Virus genome (UHGV): UHGV-1493261 | Length of the DNA stretch: 64,000 bases | Source: a virus | Strand: one strand, 5' to 3' | Shown here: piece by piece, positions 8,701 through 16,545 of the stretch | How the letters are laid out: every line of letters begins with the position of its first letter | Numbering within the stretch: position 1 is the first letter of the stretch | Made by a program: the position numbers and the translations under genes | Notes under the pieces: generated by a model | The model's database searches: none | The model's input: the letters and a program-made list of their open reading frames with translations, nothing else | What the model was told of the DNA's origin: nothing

Positions 8701-10573
8701 CATTACCACGTACACGTACACCGACAGGACGACTACCACCATGACTGGTGAGCAGATCGTTGAAACGCAGGTAATCCCATACATGCGCAAAACGAACATC
8801 AACTTCGAAGCCACAGGCCTGCGTCCGTTCACTCGTGTGTATCCGTTCTTCTCCGGGCGTGATGTGAGCGCGTACTGTACCCCAAACGGTGGTGTACTGG
8901 GTGGTGCGTTGAACACTGATGCCAACGGTAACATCAAAGGTGTGTTTGCGGTTCCTCAGAACGAGACTATCAAGTTTAACACGGGTGACAACGTCTTCCG
9001 TCTGACTGACAGCCCTGTGGACAGCAAGTCTGCTGATGATACCCTGACCAATGCCGAGGCTGTTCATAAGTCCTTCGGCAAGAAACAGGGCATCCAGAAG
9101 ACTTATGTCAACACCCGCGTCCTGGGATACACTGCGACCAAGTCTACGGAAAACAAAACAGAGACGGTTGAAGTCGCGAAGTGGAAAGATCCTATCGCCC
9201 AGTCCTTCATGGTTGCCACCAATATCGGCGGCGAATATATCGAAGGCATCGAAGTGTTCTTCTCTACCAAGTCTCGCGATATTCCAATCACTTTGGAAAT
9301 CCGTGAGATGAGCAATGGTCTGCCAGCGACGACTGTCGTCACTCGTAAGACTCTGAATCCATCAGAAGTTTCCGTCTCCACAGACTCTTCTGTGCCGACG
9401 ATGTTCAAGTTTGATTATCCTGTGTATCTGCAGGCGCAAACCGAGTTCGCGATTGTTCTCTTGGCCAACACTCAGGACTACAACGCATACATCGCAGAGA
9501 TGGGCAAGAAGAACTTGCTGACCAACGAGTTCATTGCCAAACAGCCGTACACTGGCGTGTTCTTCACATCTTCAAATGGTACGACCTGGACTCCAAACCA
9601 GACTGCCGATATGAAGTTCCGTGTGTATCGCTGTAACTTCTCCGCTGGTTCAAACATCGTGACCTTCGATGCTAAAGTCGGTCCGAAGATCCGCCCTCTG
9701 GGTCTGAACACCGTGAAATGTGTCAACGGTTCTTCAACTGTTACTGTGTACGCTCCGGGGCATGGCCTGACTGCGGGTGAAAGTGTTACTCTGTCTGGGT
9801 TGACGGGTGGTTGCGGTTTCACTCCTGAGCAACTGAACGCTCAACACACTGTGACTGATGCGACGTTCACGACGTTCAAATTCGTTCTGAGTTCCAACGC
9901 CGACTCCGACGGTCAGATTGGTGGTGAAGCGGCTTCTTTCCTAGGCAACTACTTGGTAGACATGTTCTACGCAAGCGTCACCAATTCAGCCCTAGAAGGA
10001 TCTGTATTGAAACTGGAATACCGCTATCGCGATGCGACCTCCAACTCATTCTCTGATTGGGTTGAGTTCGAATCCGATACGGACGTGTCTCTACCGACGG
10101 AAGGTATCTATCGTCAGGTGGGCGACTTCCAGGTTCGTGCAACCATGACTCGCAACGAGAGTAATGTCTACACGGCTCCAATGATTGATGGGGATGATTT
10201 CACTATCATCTTCAACACATACGGTGTGGATCCGTTTGAAGACGTGTTCAGCTACGTGACCAAGGATATCGGATTCGATAACCCTTGCACCACTCTGAAA
10301 CAATACTTCGGCGCGATGCTACCTTCTCAGTCTTCAATGACTGTACAGGTTAAACTGCTGCGCGCAGGTCAGGAGATGGATGACGTGGAATGGGAAACTG
10401 TGACACCGACATCCCCTCTGGTCAATGACGGTTCTACATTCTTCGAATATGAGTATGACAAGACTGTAGCCAGTACCAATCCTTTCGTTGGCCTGAAGAT
10501 CCGCCTGCTGGTCAGAGGCAACCGCATAGCACCGCCGTCATTCAAAGATTTCCGTTTGATTGCTCTGGCATAA
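5735..10573 (+). CDS. Large virion structural protein (1612 aa; tail fibre/baseplate-associated candidate)
   Basis: Uninterrupted 4.8 kb ORF with a GGAG Shine-Dalgarno and an upstream late motif; beta-rich Thr/Ser/Gly composition typical of fibre or baseplate proteins. No family recognised. Confidence 0.75.
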   Translation: MQEMNLNRRPYWDDWNPEKRFSRILFRPAPIKVQTRELNQMQTIFQDQLEKLGNHLFKDGSMVIPGGLTITNTAVSMKFTLAGGSEFTDLEGISELYVLGKDNNAKARVLSLERYPAEPDTMYAILEMTESGSSDGFEAGDNLYFNTYDVNDNFIRVGYGVADTVGGSIVARMTKGVYFVRGMFLDVEPTTLIVDNASNSTSHRIGFKVTETIVTEAEDESLFSNAQGTPNSKAPGAHRLRVDLVLSRYDYDEEVADFVELAKVKDGRIQSMVAQSTYNILEDAMAQRTYETNGDYNVSTHQIDLREHLKENNNGGVYAPAEGGDESKFVAVMKPGISYVRGRRIENLGEELVTIDKARDTDTLNNNPVAVSTGNYLVSKNSKGVPVVSRTIRYKFLNASSDVQATALLISAERSGTEFRLYMRDLVVTGDMGTVTKVAYEESGTTMFSCELESNQFSQSSAIDLIFPLPVFGVKTLAPTGTIDINYTVLRSNKITLNAAGTGSISAPLGYSFSPEFSLYSAAKADGTTAQFDISSGLSLAGTPVGSALQISLGAGYANQSINLLALMVRTTATIKTKTVTEVTETVTFTVAASVQLGNHDGYKLVSVKNANGADVTSNFTLDGGQRDAAYYRSNLISSTGAISGVFTVVYQYFAHSSGDFFTADSYSSINYPDIPNYVSSSSGTVYGLADSLDFRPKITSGASDTDMVRPNTAIILDAEYYLPRIDAVYLADNGVFNVARGVSSNNLASPAIPDNGMRLYELMIPPYTANIDDIQIRTIDNRRYTMRDIGKLETRISNVEYYTSLSQLESSAMAQQVFDPITGNPRFKNGIAADPFKDFRLIDDLSADWVGSIDTDNGRLRPFVQQNAIDLTPVGWNNVQDGMVVCNYTREISVRQDYATTTINVNPYAVFNWEGFLKLNPTTDYWFENYYVTPRVINETINTRGAIKEGSVYGTWRTVSVSERVWEPHGAGGVWWGYRYRTTVSTRDITTYTYTDRTTTTMTGEQIVETQVIPYMRKTNINFEATGLRPFTRVYPFFSGRDVSAYCTPNGGVLGGALNTDANGNIKGVFAVPQNETIKFNTGDNVFRLTDSPVDSKSADDTLTNAEAVHKSFGKKQGIQKTYVNTRVLGYTATKSTENKTETVEVAKWKDPIAQSFMVATNIGGEYIEGIEVFFSTKSRDIPITLEIREMSNGLPATTVVTRKTLNPSEVSVSTDSSVPTMFKFDYPVYLQAQTEFAIVLLANTQDYNAYIAEMGKKNLLTNEFIAKQPYTGVFFTSSNGTTWTPNQTADMKFRVYRCNFSAGSNIVTFDAKVGPKIRPLGLNTVKCVNGSSTVTVYAPGHGLTAGESVTLSGLTGGCGFTPEQLNAQHTVTDATFTTFKFVLSSNADSDGQIGGEAASFLGNYLVDMFYASVTNSALEGSVLKLEYRYRDATSNSFSDWVEFESDTDVSLPTEGIYRQVGDFQVRATMTRNESNVYTAPMIDGDDFTIIFNTYGVDPFEDVFSYVTKDIGFDNPCTTLKQYFGAMLPSQSSMTVQVKLLRAGQEMDDVEWETVTPTSPLVNDGSTFFEYEYDKTVASTNPFVGLKIRLLVRGNRIAPPSFKDFRLIALA

Positions 10574-10586
10574 GTAGTATTAACAA

Positions 10587-10603
10587 GGCGGGGTTGCCCC
10601 GCC
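10587..10603 (+). promoter_or_regulatory. GC-rich stem-loop
   Basis: GGCGGGG-TTG-CCCCGCC without a T-run; member of the recurrent intergenic hairpin family. Confidence 0.4.
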
Positions 10604-10622
10604 ATTAACAGAGGATATTATC

Positions 10623-10871
10623 ATGCGTGGTGTAAAAGTACAAGGGCATGCATCGATGATGAGAAGTAGCTCTTGCCCTGGGGCTATCATCTGCACAGAC
10701 AATGCTGCCGGTTTGGCAGCACTGAACGCTCGTCGAAATCAGGAAGAAAAGGACAGAACTATTGCAGCGCAGGCAGCGCAAATAGATCAACTGACAGCGA
10801 TGGTACAACTCATGGCAGAACACCTCGGGATTGAACTCCCGTCAGGAGGCCAAGATGGCAACCCAAACTGA
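10623..10871 (+). CDS. Hypothetical small protein
   Basis: ATG with AGAGGA Shine-Dalgarno; 82 aa. Confidence 0.45.
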   Translation: MRGVKVQGHASMMRSSSCPGAIICTDNAAGLAALNARRNQEEKDRTIAAQAAQIDQLTAMVQLMAEHLGIELPSGGQDGNPN

Positions 10872-11193
10872 CACTGTGATCGATGTGAAAGCGATCCTCA
10901 CCGGGGTGCTGACGGCGACGATAGTCTCTGTTGGCTCGGTTGTTTGGATGATGGGTAAATTTGAGAATCGCCTTGATGTGGTTGAGCGTGACTCCAACAA
11001 GGTCGACCTAATCCTCACCAAGGTGAACGATATGAATGAGAAGATTGCTGTGTTAAACACAGACGTTAACTACGTCAAGCAGAACGTTGCTGAGTTGAAA
11101 CTCAATAGTAACAGTCTATCCGACGACGTTCGCACTTTACGTATCACCGTCGCTGATATCCAGAGCAACAAGGGGAATGGCAATGGCCGTTAA
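10855..11193 (+). CDS. Membrane-anchored coiled-coil protein
   Basis: ATG at 10855 (internal Met of track ORF 10831) with AGGAGG Shine-Dalgarno; N-terminal hydrophobic helix then heptad-like region. Confidence 0.5.
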   Translation: MATQTDTVIDVKAILTGVLTATIVSVGSVVWMMGKFENRLDVVERDSNKVDLILTKVNDMNEKIAVLNTDVNYVKQNVAELKLNSNSLSDDVRTLRITVADIQSNKGNGNGR

Positions 11194-11935
11194 TTCTATT
11201 GTTGATCGTAAAGGATTTATGAATTACATTCTCAAGAAATTGGGGGCACCTGTAATTCAGATCAACCTTGACCCAACGCAAGTTTCGGATGCTGTAGACG
11301 ATGCTCTACAGAAGTTTTGGGAGTATCATCGTGATGGCAGTCAGGACGCATTCTTTGTTCACCAGGTGACTGAAGAAACTATCACCAACGGTTACATCGA
11401 ATTCCCCAAAGACATCGATGACGTGGTTGAAGTCATCGTTGGCCCTCCGATTGAATCGATCGGTAACTGGGCAACCCCTCAATGGCAGATGGCCCAAGCC
11501 ATGTTGGTACCAAAGGCCGCCCTCGTTTCCATCCGCTTGGTCGACTATGTTTCAATGCAACAGCGTTTGTCTGACATCACCAGTGTGCTGAACGTGAAGC
11601 GCACCTTCGTTTACAAGAAATTCCAGCGCAAACTCTACCCACAATTCGCCCTGACAAAGGACGAGGTGTTGGCGTTCAAATGCTTCCAGAACATCGACCC
11701 AGAGGTTGAGGGTAATGAAGAAGCATGGAATGATATGTGGCTGAAGGCATATGCAACTGCGTTGGTCAAGCGCCGCTGGGCAGAAGTGCTCAAGAAGGCA
11801 AGAGGCATCCGTCTCCCTGGCGGTATCGAGCTGGATGGCGATAGTATGTTCAGTGAGGCTGAAGCGGAGATCGAGCGTTTAGAGGAAGAACTGCGCACTG
11901 GTCAGCAGTACCCTATCGACTTCTACATGGGATAA
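11183..11935 (+). CDS. Neck protein (T4 gp13/gp14-like by position)
   Basis: 250-aa ORF with AGGGGA Shine-Dalgarno; position in T4 order upstream of gp15/gp16/gp17. Confidence 0.55.
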   Translation: MAVNSIVDRKGFMNYILKKLGAPVIQINLDPTQVSDAVDDALQKFWEYHRDGSQDAFFVHQVTEETITNGYIEFPKDIDDVVEVIVGPPIESIGNWATPQWQMAQAMLVPKAALVSIRLVDYVSMQQRLSDITSVLNVKRTFVYKKFQRKLYPQFALTKDEVLAFKCFQNIDPEVEGNEEAWNDMWLKAYATALVKRRWAEVLKKARGIRLPGGIELDGDSMFSEAEAEIERLEEELRTGQQYPIDFYMG

Positions 11936-11940
11936 GGAAA

Positions 11941-11965
11941 GGCGGGATTACCCGCCCTTCTTTTA
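11941..11965. terminator. Terminator hairpin between convergent genes
   Basis: GGCGGG-ATTA-CCCGCC followed by CTTCTTTT. Confidence 0.5.
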
Positions 11966-12175
11966 GATTTTCAAATCCAGGTTTCCGTTGCCACTACCAC
12001 GCAGCAGACCGTCTTCTGTCTTGTCTTTGGAGTTCCACCACTCAATGAAGTCTGTGCCGTCTACTTCTTTCACCAGACCGACGATGTCGTAATCACCACC
12101 TCCAATCTTGGCGTCTACACAGATGATTCGGACGCGACGACCACTGCGAACTTCTTTGATGTCTTCCACTTGCAT
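11963..12175 (-). CDS. Small hypothetical protein (70 aa), only minus-strand ORF in the neck module
   Basis: ATG with GAGGAA Shine-Dalgarno; nested between two + strand morphogenesis genes. Confidence 0.35.
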   Translation of the reverse strand: MQVEDIKEVRSGRRVRIICVDAKIGGGDYDIVGLVKEVDGTDFIEWWNSKDKTEDGLLRGSGNGNLDLKI

Positions 12176-12204
12176 GAGCTATTCCTCAAAAGAATAAACT
12201 TCGA

Positions 12205-12213
12205 CTAAATACC
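12205..12213 (+). promoter_or_regulatory. Late-promoter-like motif CTAAATACC
   Basis: 22 nt upstream of the ATG at 12235. Confidence 0.4.
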
Positions 12214-12234
12214 TTCAAAATTGAGGGTATCGAT

Positions 12235-12885
12235 ATGGCCACTTCTAAATATTTCAACGCCACCAATCACCAAGGCACACAGAAGCTGATTGAAGATTTG
12301 GTACAGGAAATGATTGAGTTGCGCGGGATAGACATCAAGTATATACCCCGTTCCATCGTTGAAAAATTTCCTATCACCAACGATGCTAACCACAGGTTCG
12401 ACCAGGCGTTCGACATCGAAGCGTACATGCAGGATTATCAGGGCTTCAACACCCAGATGTGGGAGAAGTTTGGGGGTATCCAATTGCAAGACGAAGTGAC
12501 GTTCTCTATCTCGCGCCGCCGATTTGCCGAGGTGATAGGCAACGGTGTTGGGATTGAACAACAACCTCAGGAAGGTGACCTGATCTATCTACCACTGGCG
12601 AACAAGATCTTCAAGGTCAACAACCCGAACAACGATGAAGACTTCATGCAATTTGGCAAATGGTATACGTTCTCTCTGCCGTGCACGTTGTTCCAGTACG
12701 GCAACGAAAACTTCGATACGGGCGTTCCGGAGATCGACGATATCGACAAACGTCTGTCCATCTTGGACGAAGAGAACGAACCGGACGTGTACAAGGATTC
12801 TTCTCTACAGACCGACAATGCTTTAGCAGATGTTCTTGAGAAGGGGCTTGCAACAGACAAGATGAAGATCGACTTTGGAGAATAA
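12235..12885 (+). CDS. Neck protein (gp14-like by position)
   Basis: 216-aa ORF with GAGGG Shine-Dalgarno. Confidence 0.5.
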   Translation: MATSKYFNATNHQGTQKLIEDLVQEMIELRGIDIKYIPRSIVEKFPITNDANHRFDQAFDIEAYMQDYQGFNTQMWEKFGGIQLQDEVTFSISRRRFAEVIGNGVGIEQQPQEGDLIYLPLANKIFKVNNPNNDEDFMQFGKWYTFSLPCTLFQYGNENFDTGVPEIDDIDKRLSILDEENEPDVYKDSSLQTDNALADVLEKGLATDKMKIDFGE

Positions 12886-12887
12886 TC

Positions 12888-13583
12888 ATGGCCAGACCAT
12901 TTGAAAATTACTTCTACCATGATTCATTGATGAAATACATCAATCTGTTTGCCACCATTATGTCTGACCTGAAGGTGAACACAGAGCGTGGACTTATGGA
13001 AGTCCCATTACACATGGCCATCGGGAGACGCAATGACCTCAACAGGAACGTGCCGTCCAACATGCTTCCATTTGCGACCTTCTCTTTTGGTCAGTTTGAG
13101 ATCAACAAACAGGTGACGAAGACGTACCACAATCGACAATCGACACCAACAGCAGGGGCGAAGCAGCGAATCCCCCTGATTATCGATTTTGAGTACAATA
13201 TCCGAACCAAGAAATTGGTTGAGATGTTACAGGTGCTAGAGCAGGTTTATTCGGTATTCACTCCCTCTCTAGACTGTGGTATCAAGGACAACGATACACT
13301 ACAGCAAGACCAGAAGATCAAGATCCAACTGATCAGCCACCAGATGTCCGATAACTGGGAAGGGGATGCTTCTGATTCACCACACGTCGACTGCTCCTTC
13401 ATGTTCCAGCTGAGCGGCTTCATCTACGGGTATGACTATTGGGTGGACAACGGTGGAGGCGGGGATCCTAACGGGATCAAAGAGATAATTATCGAAATGT
13501 CTAATGATTTGAAAACACCGTGGACGGAACTGCCGGAGTGGTTCCGTGTTGACAAAGACGGTGTACATCATCCTGGAGATTGA
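12888..13583 (+). CDS. Tail completion/sheath stabiliser (gp15-like by position)
   Basis: 231-aa ORF with GGAGAA Shine-Dalgarno, directly upstream of the terminase genes. Confidence 0.5.
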   Translation: MARPFENYFYHDSLMKYINLFATIMSDLKVNTERGLMEVPLHMAIGRRNDLNRNVPSNMLPFATFSFGQFEINKQVTKTYHNRQSTPTAGAKQRIPLIIDFEYNIRTKKLVEMLQVLEQVYSVFTPSLDCGIKDNDTLQQDQKIKIQLISHQMSDNWEGDASDSPHVDCSFMFQLSGFIYGYDYWVDNGGGGDPNGIKEIIIEMSNDLKTPWTELPEWFRVDKDGVHHPGD

Positions 13584-13585
13584 TT

Positions 13586-14302
13586 ATGAGTGCTATGTCA
13601 GAACGCCTATTATCCACCCTCAGTGCTATCCAAGCGCGGGATGAGGTCGCTCAAGAAGTCATGGAGAAGACCTCGCCTATGGCCGGAAAAGATTACGATC
13701 CGGACACAGGCGAATGGTTGGGTGAAAAGCCTGCGGGGTATGAGTCTGCGGGGTATGAGCCTGTGGTGTTTCCTCCTTCATTGGACCCAGAAGAGCTGAA
13801 GCCCAAGGAGTCTAAGGTTCCAGACTTCGAAGACACTGATGCCACCACCGACTACAAACGTATCCGTGACACGACTTATGCCATGCAGGAAGCCACGATG
13901 TTCATGATGGGACAGGCAGCCAAACTTGCGACGACGACTGAAGCACCCCGTGCTTTCACAGTCTTCAAAGAGTTGGGTGAACTCATGCGCGGTCTGAACA
14001 AAGACCTGATGGAGAACCAGAAAACTATCAAGGCGGTCACGGGCGACAGAGAGCCACCTCCTGGAGACGAAACAACCGTCGAGGTCACCACGTCCCCTGA
14101 TGGCACAACCACGGTCAACGTCGGTAAACAGGCCAGGTCTTCTCGTGATCTACTGAAGACCATCGAAGACGCCCGTAAACGTGCTGAAGAACGTACTGCA
14201 GCGAAAGCTGCATCCAAAGGACCTGATCCCGAAGAAGATGTAATCGACGTTCAGGCAGAGCCGAAGGAAGAAGGTGAAGACGATGGCGTATCAGAAGCGT
14301 GA
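13586..14302 (+). CDS. gp16: Terminase small subunit (gp16-like)
   Basis: Segment DYKRIRDTTYAMQEATMFMMGQAAKLATTTEAPRAFTVFKELGELM aligns with remembered T4 gp16; acidic C-terminus; overlaps the large subunit start. Confidence 0.7.
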   Translation: MSAMSERLLSTLSAIQARDEVAQEVMEKTSPMAGKDYDPDTGEWLGEKPAGYESAGYEPVVFPPSLDPEELKPKESKVPDFEDTDATTDYKRIRDTTYAMQEATMFMMGQAAKLATTTEAPRAFTVFKELGELMRGLNKDLMENQKTIKAVTGDREPPPGDETTVEVTTSPDGTTTVNVGKQARSSRDLLKTIEDARKRAEERTAAKAASKGPDPEEDVIDVQAEPKEEGEDDGVSEA

Positions 14303-16493
14303 TGTAGAATATGCCCCGCTCAAGACGGGGTTTAAGACAGAAGACGTCAGACTGCGTATGGACCAAACGTTCATGCGCAAGCCGTCTGTGCGCGCTCCTC
14401 GCGTGGAGTTGATGCTAACAGATGAGCAGGAATCGGAGTTCGTCGAGTGCGCGATGGATGCCCATTACTTCGCCGCCAACTACTACAAGATCACGACCAT
14501 CGATAAAGGCTTCATCCTCTTTGACATGCACGATTACCAGAAGCAGTTGTTCCATGACTTCCAGGACTATCGATTCAATGCGGTCGTCCAGGCTCGTCAG
14601 TCTGGGAAATGTGTAAAAGGTGACACGCTTGTCACAGTTTACGATACTCTCAGCCAAGAGCAGTTGCTCCTGACCATAGGGGAGCTTCACAGCCGCTTCG
14701 AGGACGTCAACCACGCTGTGCCGCTGAATACCATTGGCAACCATGACAAGTTCGTGGACAGCCGCTTCGGCAAACGTTACTTTGTGCAATCCGATAGTGG
14801 CTGGGTTCCGGTTATCGCAGCGCATAAGACGAAGAAATATGCGGAATTCGTTATTGTGACTGTTACTGGGCGGCGAATTAACGTGGCCGACGAACATATA
14901 TTCTTCACTCCGGAAATGAAGGAGATATTTGCCAAAGACCTGAATGCTGGGTCATACATCATGACGTCAGAAGGTCCAGAAGAAATCCGTGAGATTTGGC
15001 AGACTGGTGAGACGCATCACATGTATGACCTACAGGTGAAATCTAGTGATCAGCGCTACTACACCAACGGCTTCCTCAGCCACAACACGACAGTCGTGGC
15101 AGCATTCCTTCTCTGGTATGCCATGTTCCACTCTGACAAAGAGATCGCAGTACTGGCGAACAAAGAGAAGCAGGCGATTGAAATCCTAGATCGTATTCGC
15201 AAAGCATATCAAGATTTGCCATTCTTCCTCCAACAGGGTTGTGAGAAGTTCGGTTCCACGCTGATCGAGTTCGAAAACGGATCAAAGATCTACGCCTATG
15301 CGACATCTTCCGACTCCATCCGTGGTCGATCTGTATCGCTCCTGTATGTGGACGAAGTGGCGTTCATTGAAAACGACTTTGAATTCTGGGAGTCTACATT
15401 CCCGGCGATTGCATCTGCAGAGACTTCACGTTGTATTCTGACCAGTACGCCGAAAGGTCAGCGCGGGTTGTTCTACGACATCGTCACCAAGGCGAACCCA
15501 GAACATCCACAATACAACGACTTCAAACTCACAGAGGTCCCATGGTATCGTGTTCCAACGTACACCAAAGATCCAGACTGGGAATCCAAACAGAGGGCGA
15601 AGCTGGGTGATGCACGTTTCGATCAAGAATTTGGCATTAAGTTCCGTGGTTCTGTGGGATCACTGATACCTGCCAAGTGTCTGGACAAGATGACCTCGAA
15701 GCTGTATCAGGAGCCGAACGAGTTCACCAAGATTTACCACGACTACGATCCGAAGCGCATTTATATGGGTATCGCAGATACAGGCAAGGGTGTCGAGGGG
15801 GATTATTCTGTGCTGACCATTATCGACATCACAGACTATCCTCACAAGATCGCAGCCAAGTATCGAAATAACACGATACCTCCAATGATGTATGCGTACA
15901 CAATCGCCGATATGGGCGAGAAGTATGGAACGTGCCCGATGCTAGTCGAGACTAACAACGACGTGGGTGGTCAGGTAATCACAATTCTATACCAGGAAAT
16001 TGAATATCCCGAGATCATCTTCACCACAACAGATACCAAGGGTACAGGCAAGAGAATCGGTGGTCGCCGCCCTGAACCTGGTATCAATACCAACAAGAAG
16101 GTGCGCACAAACGGCTGTGCCAACCTGAAAGCCCTGATTGAACGTGAAATGCTGGTGATAGATGACCAGGACACGATAGATGAACTCAGTACATTCGTAT
16201 GGACTGGGACAAGGTATGAAGCCGATGATGGTTGTCATGATGACTGTGTAATGCCTCTTGTGCTGTATGCATGGGCGGTGAAACAAGAATGGTTTAGTGA
16301 CCTCACCAACTCCAGTATCTCAGTCGACATGAGAGGACGGTTGTCTGCGATGGAAGAATCACAGATGCTACCATTTGGAGGTATGATGTCGGCGCCAGAT
16401 CCTCACTCTGTGGAGAACATCCCAGGGTTCGGTGGAATTCAGGTTTATGACGACCGCTCTGGTATGTCTATGGAAGAATGGCTGAGACGGTGA
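14283..16493 (+). CDS. gp17: Terminase large subunit (gp17-like), intein-containing
   Basis: Walker A QARQSGK|C..HN|T interrupted by a Hint domain; downstream ATPase/nuclease regions (LLYVDEVAF Walker B-like). ATG at 14283 (track GTG start 14274). Confidence 0.9.
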   Translation: MAYQKRDVEYAPLKTGFKTEDVRLRMDQTFMRKPSVRAPRVELMLTDEQESEFVECAMDAHYFAANYYKITTIDKGFILFDMHDYQKQLFHDFQDYRFNAVVQARQSGKCVKGDTLVTVYDTLSQEQLLLTIGELHSRFEDVNHAVPLNTIGNHDKFVDSRFGKRYFVQSDSGWVPVIAAHKTKKYAEFVIVTVTGRRINVADEHIFFTPEMKEIFAKDLNAGSYIMTSEGPEEIREIWQTGETHHMYDLQVKSSDQRYYTNGFLSHNTTVVAAFLLWYAMFHSDKEIAVLANKEKQAIEILDRIRKAYQDLPFFLQQGCEKFGSTLIEFENGSKIYAYATSSDSIRGRSVSLLYVDEVAFIENDFEFWESTFPAIASAETSRCILTSTPKGQRGLFYDIVTKANPEHPQYNDFKLTEVPWYRVPTYTKDPDWESKQRAKLGDARFDQEFGIKFRGSVGSLIPAKCLDKMTSKLYQEPNEFTKIYHDYDPKRIYMGIADTGKGVEGDYSVLTIIDITDYPHKIAAKYRNNTIPPMMYAYTIADMGEKYGTCPMLVETNNDVGGQVITILYQEIEYPEIIFTTTDTKGTGKRIGGRRPEPGINTNKKVRTNGCANLKALIEREMLVIDDQDTIDELSTFVWTGTRYEADDGCHDDCVMPLVLYAWAVKQEWFSDLTNSSISVDMRGRLSAMEESQMLPFGGMMSAPDPHSVENIPGFGGIQVYDDRSGMSMEEWLRR
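14610..15086 (+). mobile_element. Mini-intein (159 aa, no endonuclease domain) in the terminase P-loop
   Basis: Starts with Cys immediately after QSGK, ends ..MYDLQVKSSDQRYYTNGFLSHN followed by Thr (block F/G signature); removal restores QSGKT. Confidence 0.8.
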
Positions 16494-16496
16494 TCA

Positions 16497-16503
16497 CTAA
16501 ATA
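16497..16503 (+). promoter_or_regulatory. Late-promoter-like motif CTAAATA
   Basis: cactaaatatc upstream of the sheath gene. Confidence 0.4.
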
Positions 16504-16545
16504 TCTTTCAAATTGAGCGAAACTCTACAGAGAAGGAATAAGATT

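Noticed and set aside
8291-9067. 258-aa minus-strand ORF inside the 1612-aa structural gene (also 9478-9822, 6161-6448 and others)
   Set aside because: Fully contained antisense to a long, well-supported coding frame; composition typical of shadow ORFs; no start context.
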